NCBI RefSeq assembly: GCF_001194135.2
Contig: NC_068985.1
Location: forward strand, 27,083,783-27,147,782
Origin: Octopus bimaculoides
Lineage: Eukaryota
DNA: 64,000 nucleotides
Direction of reading: 5' to 3'
In this document: piece after piece, positions 24,873 to 37,254 of the stretch
Layout: each line of letters starts with the position of its first letter
Position numbering within the stretch: position 1 is the stretch's first letter
Notes under the pieces: generated by a model
Told to the model about the DNA's origin: nothing
The model's database searches: none
The model's input: only the letters and a program-made list of their open reading frames with translations
Translations under genes and position numbers: made by a program

Positions 24873-25077
24873 CCTTCGAAATATATATTCTGGTTATGGC
24901 AATGTTATACCAAAACATTTAAATCCTTCATTAGGTAAATCAACTACAACGTTTTAGCAGGCTAAGACAACAAACTATCATAGGAAGAGCCAGTAGGTTA
25001 CACCTTGATAATTTGCCTATATCTCAATGCCTCAGTATACTTAGCTGTAAATAAGCATTACAAGAGGTACTGGTCAT

Positions 25078-25595
25078 AGGTGCAGACATGACTGTGGGGT
25101 TAAGAAGTTCACTTCCCAACCATATGGTTTTGAGTTCAATCTCACAGTGCGGCACGTCTTTCACTATAGCCCCAGGCCAACCAAAGCTTTGTGAGTAGAT
25201 TCAGTAGACAGAAACTGAAAGAAGCCCATTTTGTGTGTGTGTGTGTTTTTGTGTGAGTTTATATTTCCTCATCTACATATGCATTCATTTGCTGATTGTA
25301 GACAATAGTTTTACTGATGGTTGCATTTGCTTGAAATCCACCATGAAAGCATATTCAAGTTTCTTGACATGTTGCATAACCTTTGTAAACATGGTGTTGT
25401 TTGTTTTCAATCCTCCATGAAAACACACCTGGGTTATTTGTAGTTTGATACATTGAGAGATTGTCATCTCGCTTGGAAATGTGGGGGTTGGCAACTGGAA
25501 GGGCATCCAGCCATAGAAAATTCTACATTAACATACACTTTGTTTAATCCATTCATACAAGTATGAAAAAGTTGACATTAAAACATTGATGATGG
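25078..25595 (+). mobile_element. tRNA/CORE-like SINE variant ending in an RTE-like tail
   Basis: Family head, then ...ggaagggcatccagccatagaaa...catacaagtatgaaaaag..(gat)n; same layout as the host SINE at 31225-32125. Confidence 0.7.
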
Positions 25596-26323
25596 TGACT
25601 GGTCATCACTGGAAGTAGCAAATAGCAATGTATTAGTGAGGATTCAAAAGCCTACAGTGCTACAAAAGTTGCACCAGTATACCTTTTTTTTTTCAAGAGG
25701 ATGGATGTTTCTTAACTTGAATTTATTAAGGCAAGGAATAAATGAGAGAGAAAAAAAAAAAGAAAAAAAAATTTCTCTCACTCTCATATTGAACAAAAAA
25801 TGAAATGTTAGTGAATATATTTAACATATAATTCTGCTGTGGATGCATTTATTGTTGTTCATGAAATCATCTTTCAATTTAACCTGCTGGTTTAATATTA
25901 CCACTCGATCTTTCAATAATCTAGCTGAAGAGTTCACTTTGTCCATACCTCAGTTCTTTTCCTATTCATCTTCACACATATTTTGAAATGGTCTAACTAA
26001 GAACAGCTTTCAATAAAAACAGAGATGCGCTAGTCAAATTCTTGTATGAAATAATTAGCTTGACAAAGCTAGGTTTTCAAAGCCCTTGAATTACTTGTTT
26101 TTTGCATTACAGCTATAAAGCAGCCAATCAAAAGTGTAGTTTATAACAACAAAATTATGAATTATGTCTAGTATTTCTCATTCCAAAGCAAGATGCATTA
26201 TCTCCTTCAACCTGGAAGCAGACATTACTCAACATGCTTACTTCAGGAATTTATATTTAAATACCTAAATTGATGAGTGAGATAGAGTAAAAAATGCAAA
26301 TTATATTTTAAAAACATAATTAC

Positions 26324-26448
26324 CGAAATCTTGAATAACCAGATGGAAGTTTGTATTTGTGTGTCTTTTTAAGATGCTTCGTAAGTAGAGACCCTCTTGT
26401 GAAAAAAGCTTCACAAATATGACAAGCAAAACGATGAGTGTCGATACC
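26324..26448 (-). CDS. HINFP: HINFP exon 8 GIDTHRFACHICEAFFTRGSLLTKHLKKTHKYKLPSGYSRF(R)
   Basis: Acceptor tatttcag|, donor cg|gtaatt. Matches human [34 protein letters not shown]. Confidence 0.94.
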
Positions 26449-27745
26449 CTGAAATAAAAAATTAAACCATTAAGATTTCAAAATAATTAAGTTATCATTG
26501 CAGTTCCTCTTTTACTGGCAAGAGGTTGTAGTGATTACTTCATGCTTATGGTAAATGATTCATTATAAATTATGCTACATCATTATTTTGTTACATGACA
26601 GGTAATGGTTTAATTACCAACCAATGAGTGAGAAGTGTTCCTTTACCTTCCCTGGCATTCTCAACCATACAATTGATTTCCTTCATTTTCTAACTTGTTT
26701 TCAAAATGAAGATATATAAAACTCGCTGCAAGGCAGGCGCACAGTAGGAGAGATCTTCAGAGGAAGAACTCCTATCTAATAAGTGTTTTGGCCCTTATAC
26801 CTGACATTCTATGGGAGAAGAGCCCACTCAGGTCATGACTCCTAGGTATCCTCCTGCTGCTCTCCAGCAGGATTTAAACCCGGGTCATTCTTTTGTTCCC
26901 AGGACTGTGTTTCTGCCCACTAAGGTACCCTGATGAAGGAACCAGTTCCCTTCTTCCTTCTATTCATGTAAATAACCAATGAACCTAATATATGTTTTCA
27001 AAACGAAATATATTAGCTCAGTCATGACTTCATACACACACAGTTTATTCAGACTAATTTGTGTGGATACATGTACATTAAGACGAGGTGGGGGTGAATC
27101 ATTTTAAAACTTAGAGTAAAATATTTCAGAAGCACTTCTCTAATAGATCAGTTTTCACTAAGACTATCTTCTACGAGTCATTTCATGAACACAGAATAAC
27201 CTTTTTTGACTACATTGGCTTGCTAAGGTAGAATTTATCATTTAATCTGAAATAACATTTTTTATACCATCTACAGTTTTTTTGCCAGTCACACAGATCA
27301 CAGTCAATGCAAGGGGCAGCTACAGAATATATTTTCTCCTGCTTTTATCACCATTGTCATCTTCATTTCTTCTATAATTTACTAGCTGGTATAATGCCAC
27401 AAGCTGGTTCTTTAGCAGTCTAGTTTCATAATTAGAGAAAGTTACAGATAAAATTATGTTGGATGAATAGAAATACATACAAATACACACTCAGTTCCCT
27501 CATGTTAACAGTGGAATAAAAAAAAAAATCTCAAACTAATGACCAGAGAATACATATCTGACATTGAATTAACTTCATATTCTGGACAGAATGAGATCCA
27601 GAGTAAAAAGACTTGTTTAAATTTGCCTTAGCAAGGCTTGGACTTCCATCATCAGGAAATAAAAAAGTGTTCATATAGTTTTCATAAAGTGTACCTAATA
27701 CTTTGTTTCAGCAAGCAAATTAAAAAAAAACAACAGGAGACTGAC

Positions 27746-27881
27746 CTGATGTGTTTTTTGGTAATGAGAAGCCAAGCATTGGTAAAGACGAGTCACAAAA
27801 CAACATCCTTTTACATGGCACATAATGGTGTTTTCTGAATGAGTCTCCATGTGGCGCCTTAGATCTGAAGGTGTTTTACTC
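27746..27881 (-). CDS. HINFP: HINFP exon 7 (R)SKTPSDLRRHMETHSEN...CHVKGC...HYQKTHQ
   Basis: Acceptor actcttag|, donor cag|gtcagt; phase 2 to 0. Confidence 0.92.
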
Positions 27882-28799
27882 CTAAGAGTCAAACAAAATA
27901 TAATCATTAAATGTGTTTTATTTTTAAATCAAAATATTACAAGTGATGTACTCTTAGCACAGAATTAGTCAAGAAGGAAGATAATACAATAAAGAATTTG
28001 AATCTGTTGAACTTGATGCAATAAATTACTATAAGTAATATAAATGATCTTATTGATGACAGAAATAGTTTTGAGAAGAAATTTCAACTTTTGTTCAGTT
28101 TAGATATAAGATACAGAAAGAGAATATAAAATATATTCATAAATATAAAATCTGTTTTACTATAAAGTGAACTTGCAGTTAATGCATAAGTGAGATATAG
28201 ACAAAAATAAAGAGAAAGATATGTTGAGACAACATGAGAAACTAAGTAGGTTGTAATAACAAACAAGATCAACATAAAATTTGCTTTACTGTGAAGTAAA
28301 TTTAGAACTGTGTATGTGAGATTTAGAAAAACAGATATTAAAACACATTCTTTTTCCTCCGTCCATCCATCTTTATCATTCACTTATTCTAGTGAAGATT
28401 GTGGAGCATACTCCGTAGAATATCATATCAGAAATAACTGTCAACAAATGATCTGGCTGGGACTCCAAGCAAGACCAACCAAGGCTACGGATATTATCAA
28501 ATCATCTTGCTTGTAGTCTCCCTCAAGGTCACCTTTGCCTGTAAAATCTGTCCTGTGACCTCACACTGCAGAGAATTAGTGGCATAGATCACTTGATATG
28601 GAAAAGAGTGATTGAAGCAAATAGTAACCAGGATCTAAATGTAAATTGAGAGACTACCGGATTTCTGTTCTGGAAGTGGGCTCTCTGTCATAAACATTTT
28701 CCTTCCAACACAGAGATATCTCTCAGTATACATGGCATAAATACTTTGGAAGAGAAATCAGTTATCAAAATTTTCATCATCTCTGATTGCTGTTCTTAA

Positions 28800-29063
28800 T
28801 CCACTGACTGGCTCCTGTGCCGATGGCACATAAAAAGCACCATCTGAACGTGATTGTTGCCAGGCCCACCTTACTGGCTCCTGTGCCAGTGGCATGTAAA
28901 AAGCACCCACTACACTCTTGGAGTAGTTGGCATTAGGAAGGGCATCCAACTGTAGAAACTCAGCCAGACCAGATTGGAGCCTGGTGCATCTGCTGGCTCT
29001 CCAAACCTCAGTCAAACCGTCCAGCATGGAAAATGGACGTTAATCGATGATGATGATGATGAT
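28800..29063 (+). mobile_element. RTE 3' tail copy
   Basis: Diagnostic tail plus (gat)n. Confidence 0.82.
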
Positions 29064-29116
29064 TGACTCCACAAATTATACTAAAACGAAATGACAAAAT
29101 TAACAAAATTGCTCAC

Positions 29117-29237
29117 CTGTAGTCACATTCAAGGCAGTTATACTGCCGTTCACTTGTATGCTTGTATCGAAGATGATTTCTAAGACCATGTGGGTTTGGG
29201 CATGTCATATCACATAATGGGCACTTGTAACAGTTCA
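29117..29237 (-). CDS. HINFP: HINFP exon 6 (V)[39 protein letters not shown]
   Basis: Acceptor tctgttag|, donor ag|gtgagc. [11 protein letters not shown] is identical to human. Confidence 0.95.
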
Positions 29238-29719
29238 CTAACAGAAGAAAACATCAGATGATTATCTTTATATTAAAATGAAAGGATGATTTTTTTTCAA
29301 GAATATGTGCTTTTTTTATGTATTGAGCCGGTACACAAATGCTCCTAAATAGAAGTACAAGTCAGAAAATGGGGAGACATCATGACTAATATTTGGTGGA
29401 TTAGATGTCACAGCACGCGAGATTTATATGGTTTCATTGAAACACCAAAAATTCAAACTTTTGCTGTAATTTTACTAACTTAGGTTTTATTACAATTTGC
29501 CACATGTATTATTGGCAAAAAAAACCTTTGAAGTATTGGACACCAACTGAGATGCAGATATAGTTTTACAAGATTTTAAACACTCATATTCATATCTTAG
29601 CTCTTAAAATTGGCTCTGTCTTCTTTAGTGTTGAAATATCAATAAACTTTGTCTTCAAAGAGTTAAATAAACAACATTTCACATTTCAATACATTAAAAT
29701 ACAAATTCATTATGATCAC

Positions 29720-30095
29720 TTAAAGTGGATGAAACTCGTGGAAGAGGGAAACCTAGGAAGACATGGGACAAAGTACTAAAAGCCAATCTCAAGACACTGA
29801 GTCTTATGAAGGAGATTACAAAGGACTAAGACATCTGGCACCTTGCTGTATTCAAGAGCTGTCCACCACAGCAAAATCGATACTGGTGCTGATGCCACAT
29901 AAAAAGCACTGGTGCTGGTGCCATGTAAAAAGCACCCAGTACACTCTGAATAGTGGTTGGTATTAGGAAGGACATCCATCTGCAGAAACCATGCCAGAAC
30001 AGACAATGGAACCTGATGCAACCCCCAGATTTTCCAGCTCTGGTCAGACTGTCCAACCCATGCCAGCATGGAAAATGGATGTTAAATAATAATGA
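29720..30095 (+). mobile_element. RTE 3' end, diverged subfamily (GRGKPRKTW remnant plus tail)
   Basis: ggaagagggaaacctaggaagacatgg and ttaggaaggacatcc...catgccagcatggaaa. Confidence 0.78.
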
Positions 30096-31003
30096 TTGTT
30101 GATTAATTTAATGTTTTAACAATAAATTGCCCTTTGTATCACCAACCATTTTGCATTATGAATTATGTATATCTAGACTAAATGGTCCCCTCTATTAGTA
30201 TTTTTTTTAAATTCAGAATTACTGTTCTCTTATATGTTGCCAGGACAACAGCATGTGGAGTCTAATCCATCATTGTTTATTAATCCCTTGCCCAACATGT
30301 TTTTAAAAGCTGGGTGCCATCCTATCAGCAACAAATCATCATGAGCTGAGTACATTTTATCTTGCCAGAGGCACTAAAGATGTTGCCTGCTGTAAGACTA
30401 CAAGATCTTCCCTACTCTGTAGAGTTTTTATTCAGAGGTACTGTTCGGCTAGACAGAGTTATTGTCCTCTTGTAGCTTACAGAGTCCACACAACTTCATG
30501 TATTCTAGATAACACTTGGTAAGAAATTCGAGTTTATTGTTTTGGTTTCAGCTCTCTGTAAATAGTCATGACAATTCAGCTACACTACTAATCAATAAAA
30601 TCATGAATGACATATATATATATATTTGCATCCCTATAAGTATCATGTCTTCAATCTATGTAAAAAAAAAAAAAAAAGACATTTTATGCACAATTAACAA
30701 TTTTAATTAATGATTATGACTGTAGGCATAGGCATGGCAAGAAGTTAATTTCCAACCACATGCTTCTGGGTTCATTCCTACTACTTGACCACTGGTGATG
30801 GTTTGTTTACGCCCCCATAACTTAGCAGTTTGGCAAAAAGGTGCAATAGAATAAGTACCGGGTTCAATTCGTGTGACTAGACTTAAAAATGGTGCCCCAG
30901 CATGGCCACAGTCTAATGACAGAAACAAGTAAAAAATAAAAGATTTTAAACTATAATAAAGCAGTAAAAGGTAAGAATAATCCAAAATTTAAAAACCTCT
31001 TAC

Positions 31004-31081
31004 CATGGATCCGAACATGATCTCGCATTAATCTTTCGGTTTGGAATTTCTTGTTACAATATGAACACTGGTAACACTGAA
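31004..31081 (-). CDS. HINFP: HINFP exon 5 (V)QCYQCSYCNKKFQTERLMRDHVRIH
   Basis: Acceptor cttttccag|, donor g|gtaaga; phase 1 to 1. Matches human [23 protein letters not shown]. Confidence 0.94.
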
Positions 31082-31470
31082 CTGGAAAAGACAACAGAAA
31101 GATTGCAGAAATAAAGTGAAATTTTAAAATTTACATCTTTTTAAGTAACTATTTAAAAAATCAATCATGATGTAAGATGATTTCTGAAATAAAAACGACA
31201 AGATTATTACACCTGTGGTAATAAGCACAGGTGACTGTGTGCTAAGAAGTTTGCTTCCCAACTACAGGGTTCAGAGTTCAGTTCCACTGCGTGGCACATT
31301 GGACAAGCAGCTTCTACTCTCCTACTATAGTCCTGAGCTGATCAAAGCCTTATGAGTGGATTCCATAGATAGAAACTGAAAAAAGCTTATACAGTTCTAT
31401 ATTTAAGAGATGAGGAATTATGTACATTATTTACATTTGACAGATATTTGTCCTCATCTTGTTTGTTGTT

Positions 31471-31516
31471 AACACAACGTTTCGGCTGATATACCCTCCA
31501 GCGTTCTTCAGGTGTC
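31471..31516 (-). ncRNA. Minimal type I hammerhead motif, copy B
   Basis: GACAC-CUGAAGA-A-CGCUGG..UCAGCC-GAAACGUU-GUGUU. 5-bp stem I; first stem II pair mutated to C-C. Confidence 0.62.
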
Positions 31517-31754
31517 TTGGGGAAATTTTGAACCTGGGTTCTCATTCCTAAGATATTTTTCAATGTTACTATTATTATTATTGCTATTGTTCAGGTCACT
31601 GCTTGGAATAGAATTCGGAATCTTGGGGTTAATAGCCCACGCTCTTAACCCCAAGATTTCGAGTTCGATTCCAAGCAGTGACCTGAACAATAACAATAAT
31701 AATAACATTGAAAAATACCTTAGGAATGAAAATTCAGGTTCGAAATTTCCCCAA

Positions 31755-31800
31755 GAGACCTGAAGAAGGCTGGAGGGTATATCAGCCGAAACACTGTGTT
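31755..31800 (+). ncRNA. Degenerate hammerhead motif, copy C
   Basis: GAGAC-CUGAAGA-A-GGCUGG..UCAGCC-GAAAC-ac-U-GUGUU. The GU of the cleavage triplet is mutated, so it is likely inactive. Confidence 0.5.
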
Positions 31801-32286
31801 AACAACAAACAAGATGAGAACAAATATCCGTCGAATGTAAATAATGGAAAAAGCTTGTCTATATATAGATGTTTGCATGTCTTACTGTCTCCTTGACTTG
31901 ATATTGGGTGCTAGTTGTAAACAAGTATTAACATCATTCAAGCAGTGTCCTTTGTTTCCAATCTTCTGTGAAAACATGTTTGGTCATGGGTAATATTACC
32001 ATACTTGGAAACAGTTGGAGTTGGCAATAGGAAGGGGTTCTGGCCATAGAAAACTCTGCCTCAGCAAAATTCTGTCTGACCCATGCAAGCATAGGAAAGT
32101 GGATGTAAAAAGAATGATGATGATGTGTAAAGTGTTGCCATGTTGAATCACCAATGTGGAAATATTTAGAAGGACTAGTGCTATCTATGCTATAACATCT
32201 ATGCCAGTAATAATTATCCTTATAAGGGACTAATGGAAATGCTGAGAAAGTTGAGGTAGCTAGGTTTAATATTGAAAATGAATAAT

Positions 32287-32507
32287 CTTTTCTACTCTAG
32301 GTACAAGGCTCGAAATTTTTGGGGAGGGGGCCAGTCGATTAGATCCACCCCAGTACGCAACTGGTACTTAATTTATTGATCCTGAAAGGATGAAAGGCAA
32401 AAATCGACCTCGGCAGAATTTGAACTCAGAATGTAAAGACAGATGAAATACCACTAAGCATTTCACCCGGCATGCTAACATTTCTGCCAGCTCGCCGCCT
32501 TTTTGAG
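32287..32507 (-). mobile_element. Full-length tRNA-derived SINE with a Meta/MESC-like central domain. Related copies at about 9660-9865+, 17848-18048+, 34780-34985+, 47590-47805+, 53430-53620+, 54722-54912-, 55498-55660-
   Basis: ggcggcgagctggcagaa head, gagttcaaattc B box, ttgcctttcatcctttc...aagtaccag core; 10-bp TSD aatgaataat (32277-32286, 32508-32517). The domain name is from memory. Confidence 0.82.
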
Positions 32508-32699
32508 AATGAATAATGTAAAGATACCTAAAGAGACAGTGGAGTCTCATGGAAAAACAAGTGCTGGGATGTTCTAAGCTGACATAACAAAAATTTATTA
32601 AAAAAAAAAAAAAGAAAACTGTAAATTGTAAGAAAGATGCCTAGAGTAATACGAAACAGAAAAGATACACAGCAGGATGGACTAATATGCAGTACAGCA

Positions 32700-33469
32700 C
32701 AGGAGAGATTAAGGCAGGAGTCAGCAACACACGGCTTACGAGAACTGATGTCCAATGAGTTGTTTTCGAATACAATAAAAGGCCTGCTGTTACGTTTTAC
32801 TGACTTTCATCTGCATGCAAATCAGTTTAAATTGTTTGCTACACCATTTGATGTGGAGGTGGAGACATTATCAGAATGTTTTCAAATGGAATTGATTGAT
32901 ATGCAATGTAATGACTTATTAAGATCTAAATTTCATTCTGAAGATGTTTCATTGATTGACTTCTATGCAAAATATATTTTTCCAAGTGGGAAGTATACTA
33001 ACTTAATGAATCATGCAAAAAGACAGCATCTTTGTTTGGAAGCACCTATCAGTATGAGCAATTATTTTCCAAATTGAAACAAACTAAGAACAATTTGAGA
33101 ACAAGATTAACTGATAATCATCTTGACAATATCTTGCTCTTGGCATCAACAAGTCTGAAGCCTAATATTGAGAAGCTTTCAAGGAACAAAAAACATCAAG
33201 TTTCCCATTAATTTTTTGGCTGCTATGTATTTTTGAGATGTCTTTTAAACAAATGATTCCAAAGATGTCTTAAATTGAATAAATGATATTTTTCCATTAC
33301 TACATTCATCTGTAGTTTATACAAATTATTTTCAAGTAGAGTCAACACTCTTGATTAAATTTTAGCTTGTGTAATTTTCCATAATTATTCTTTTATGGCC
33401 TTTGTCTGGCCTGCTATTCATCATTAATACTCGATTTGGCCCACAGAGGCAAAGAAGTTGCCAACCCTA
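32700..33469 (+). mobile_element. hAT transposase C-terminal relic (SPIN/GTF2IRD2-like) with right TIR
   Basis: QMELIDMQC..L..KF, LFGSTY..EQLFS.LK..K...RTRLTD.HL dimerisation motif (frameshifted); end aagttgccaacccta. Confidence 0.85.
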
Positions 33470-34090
33470 GCACAAAAAATATACTATGTAAAAAAAAGTT
33501 AAAAATCTGACTAATTTACACAACATACAACAGTAATTTATTCTAATTAAAATAATTCATTTCCACTTGGAGATGATTATGACAGCAAACATGAAAGATT
33601 GCGCAATATGAAAATGGGTTTGAAAACTTTTGACTACATAGACTGTAATTCACAGGATGTGATAAATAACAGTAATCCAGAAAATAATTTCTTCAATATC
33701 AACAGCTGCTGGTATTACACAAATTATCAGTTTAACATGAAGGTCAAGACATATTAAACATCAATAATCCACTTAAACAGCAAAAAAGTTTATATGCCAA
33801 CTTCTTAAAATATCAAATAACAGTCAGTTTGAGAAACCATTCAACATAATAGTTTTATTAGAGACATGAATCAATCTTGGGAAGAATAGAGTCACTGAGC
33901 TGAGTGAGTATGAACTGAATAAAGTAAACAGAAAGTAGAAGAAAGGAAAGGGTGCAACTTTGTGCATGGACAAAGACTTCAGTTACAAGATAGAAAACAT
34001 GACAACAGCTATTGATGATATGCTTTAAAATATTAGAATAGAAACCTATAGAAAAAAACAGAAAAATTTAATTGTGTGCTCTCGCCCTCT

Positions 34091-34132
<42 letters not shown>

Positions 34133-35533
34133 NNNNNNNNNNNNNNNNNNNNNNNNNNNNNNNNNNNNNNNNNNNNNNNNNNNNNNNNNNNNNNNNNNNN
34201 NNNNNNNNNNNNNNNNNNNNNNNNNNNNNNNNNNNNNNNNNNNNNNNNNNNNNNNNNNNNNNNNNNNNNNNNNNNNNNNNNNNNNNNNNNNNNNNNNNNN
34301 NNNNNNNNNNNNNNNNNNNNNNNNNNNNNNNNNNNNNNNNNNNNNNNNNNNNNNNNNNNNNNNNNNNNNNNNNNNNNNNNNNNNNNNNNNNNNNNNNNNN
34401 NNNNNNNNNNNNNNNNNNNNNNNNNNNNNNNNNNNNNNNNNNNNNNNNNNNNNNNNNNNNNNNNNNNNNNNNNNNNNNNNNNNNNNNNNNNNNNNNNNNN
34501 NNNNNNNNNNNNNNNNNNNNNNNNNNNNNNNNNNNNNNNNNNNNNNNNNNNNNNNNNNNNNNNNNNNNNNNNNNNNNNNNNNNNNNNNNNNNNNNNNNNN
34601 NNNNNNNNNNNNNNNNNNNNNNNNNNNNNNNNNNNNNNNNNNNNNNNNNNNNNNNNNNNNGGGGGGGAACTGTCTAACCTATGCCAGCATGGAGAGTGAA
34701 CGTTAAATGATGATGATGAATGAAAACATAAAAGATATTATGGAACAAGTGCAGCATTATTAGAAATTATAAATGTCAGAATCATTAGCAAGCTGGACAA
34801 AATAATTAGTTGGCATTGCTTCCAGCTTTAGATTCTGAGTTCAAATTCCACCAAGGTCAACTTTATATTTCATTTTTTTCGGGTTGATAAAATAAGTACC
34901 AGTTAAATACTGGATCAATGTAATCAACTAGCTCTTTCCCTTAAAATTACTGGCTTTGTGCCAAAATTTGAAACCATTTCTAGAAATTACTCTAGAAACT
35001 CAAGTTATCCTCAATATTTTATTAAGATCACAAATATGGAAGGTAATGCTTCAGTATTATATTAAATTCTTTGTAATTGTGGGACCAAAATTGGCAGAGG
35101 AAGTCAATGGCCCAAAAACCAAACAGGGGACTGATGAGGATTATGGGGAGAGAAAGAAAATTACAACTAATGTTCTGTATCATTCTGAGCAGGTTGGTAT
35201 ATGCTCCATCTAGTTGTTTTTCTAAGAGAACCGATAAGGTCCAGGTCTCTGATCCATAGAGAAGGACCGGCTCAATCAGTGTTCTAAATATTTTAACTTT
35301 TAATGTGGGTGGAAGGTTTGAGTGTCAGATCTTATCAACTCTGCATCCCAAGCACGACAGTATTAATAAATGTAGGAACAAAAGGTATGGGACCAGAGGG
35401 GTTGAATTTCACTAGATGAGTTTAAGAAACTGACAACAATTAAGTTAGGTGAGCAAAAGTCAACATGTATTACTTTAAAATACCTCAAGGATCAGTATTA
35501 GACCCCAATGGTTCATTTAACTTAGTATGTTAA

Positions 35534-35753
35534 TCCTTTAGCATTTAAACCAGCCATATCTGGCCTAAATATTCCACCTGCTTTATGTTCAAACTGGCCA
35601 GATCCAGCCTCTCACATCTACCATACAATGTCATTCTAAAAATAAGTAATCACATCATTGAAATCTCAAAGTTACAAGATAATGCATGATTAATTCAAAG
35701 CAATGTGAATAAATAAGCATTACATTTGATAGAGAAATCTGAATGCCAAAAGA
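35534..35753. mobile_element. piggyBac-type MITE, 220 bp
   Basis: TTAA flanks; tcctttagcatt / aatgccaaaaga ends. Confidence 0.78.
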
Positions 35754-36038
35754 TTAAATTTACAAAGTTCAAAAATGTCACCATTTATTGTCAGGATTAC
35801 TGCCAAAAACACCAATATGGTCTTGCTAATCTTGACAGTTGATAGTGGTGTGAAAATGTGGAATACACTTTATGGCAATGAAGATACAGGTAATAGAAGA
35901 GTGAAGGCATGAATAAACAGCAAATTAAAGGTATGGTTAGTTACTGGGTAGCTTAAACAGAAATTTAAGCTATGGAAGGTGCGTTGCTTGAACTAACCTG
36001 TCAATTGTAGCAAGAAAACTGAGTAAACACCAGCTTAC

Positions 36039-36185
36039 CATCCTTTTGCCTTTCAAGATGGTCAAAGAATTTTGTTCGACTTGCAAACAGCCCACCACAA
36101 TTCGGACAAGCAACTAACTTTTGTTGAGTGTGACTCCTTAGGTGTTCACGTAGCTTATGCTTGCTTTTAACATTAGCATCACATC
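36039..36185 (-). CDS. HINFP: HINFP exon 4 (G)[48 protein letters not shown]
   Basis: Acceptor ttttatag|, donor g|gtaagc. [21 protein letters not shown] is HINFP-specific. Confidence 0.95.
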
Positions 36186-36679
36186 CTATAAAAAGAAAAA
36201 AAAAAAAAAAAAATTATTTTCAGAAACTACAATTTCAAAAGAAAAAAAGGGAAATTACAAAGGCTAACATTGATTTGGCCAGCATAAACACAGGCTGATC
36301 TATTATAAATGTGTGTGTGTGTGTCTGTGTGAATGAATTTTAATTTACAGTATTTTTAAAGTAGCTTCGAGTGTGGCTGGTATTGTAGGGCAAGAAACAT
36401 GTAACTAGCAAACATATTAAAAAAATTGTTTCCAATTCCCAAATTAAGGCAATTTAATTTATTCACATCGCTAATATCTTTGAGAATGGCACGAACAACA
36501 CAGTCATTAAGCTGTTCTTAATAAATTTCTTGCATGTGTTCAAGAAAGAAATCAAACATGGTTTTGAACATAACGTATTTTAAATGAAATTTTTAATCTG
36601 TCATCTTGAATGAAAGCTGAGATTTAAAAAAAAAATCTAAATATTGATGGGTTTAATCCAATAAAATAATCAATATTAC

Positions 36680-36785
36680 CTTCCCACTGGCAAGCACAGC
36701 CTCCTTTTAAATTGTTCCCATTTGGAAAGCTATCAGCATGAAAATCTACATGTCGATAAAAGAATTCCGGATTATCATATACAGC
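36680..36785 (-). CDS. HINFP: HINFP exon 3 AVYDNPEFFYRHVDFH...CACQWE
   Basis: Poly-T acceptor ...gtag|, donor g|gtaata. Matches human FDNPEWFYRHVEAH. Confidence 0.93.
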
Positions 36786-36788
36786 CTA

Positions 36789-36832
<44 letters not shown>

Positions 36833-37254
36833 AATAATGTAAAATATATTAATGTTGTAATCATTGACCTCATTTTGCAATAGTAAGGAAAAAAAAAATG
36901 TCATATAATGTATCTAGGTCAAGTCAAACATATTCCTCCAAACTATACTCATGAAACATTTCTCAATTTTACAGTGCAACTGATGCTTACAGCAGATGGT
37001 TTCTACTTTGCAATATAAGTGGACTAAGTCATCTGAGCCACAATTGACCACAATTACAAAATAGTTCAAGCAACAGGATATGAATTGTCGACTTTTCAAG
37101 TAATAGTCAACCAAACAGGCTACACTTTCGTTGGCACCGACCTAATAGTATTTTAGCTGCTGTCTACTCAAAAATATTTTTATAGTATATCCATAGCATT
37201 AAAATGAGATTATAGTTTAATGTAGGGAAACACATATGCATGGTAACATATCTC

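Larger units (their letters stand above)
31389..31847. mobile_element. Inverted (head-to-head) dimer of the tRNA/hammerhead element inserted into a host SINE
   Basis: Arms of ~210 bp centred near 31638; TSD aaaaagctt at 31380-31388 and 31848-31856; left arm has an extra ~36-nt tail. Confidence 0.8.
31225..32125 (+). mobile_element. Host SINE (tRNA head, RTE-like tail) split by the hammerhead dimer
   Basis: Head at 31225-31388 resumes at 31857 and ends ...catgcaagcataggaaagtggatg..(gat)n. Confidence 0.72.
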
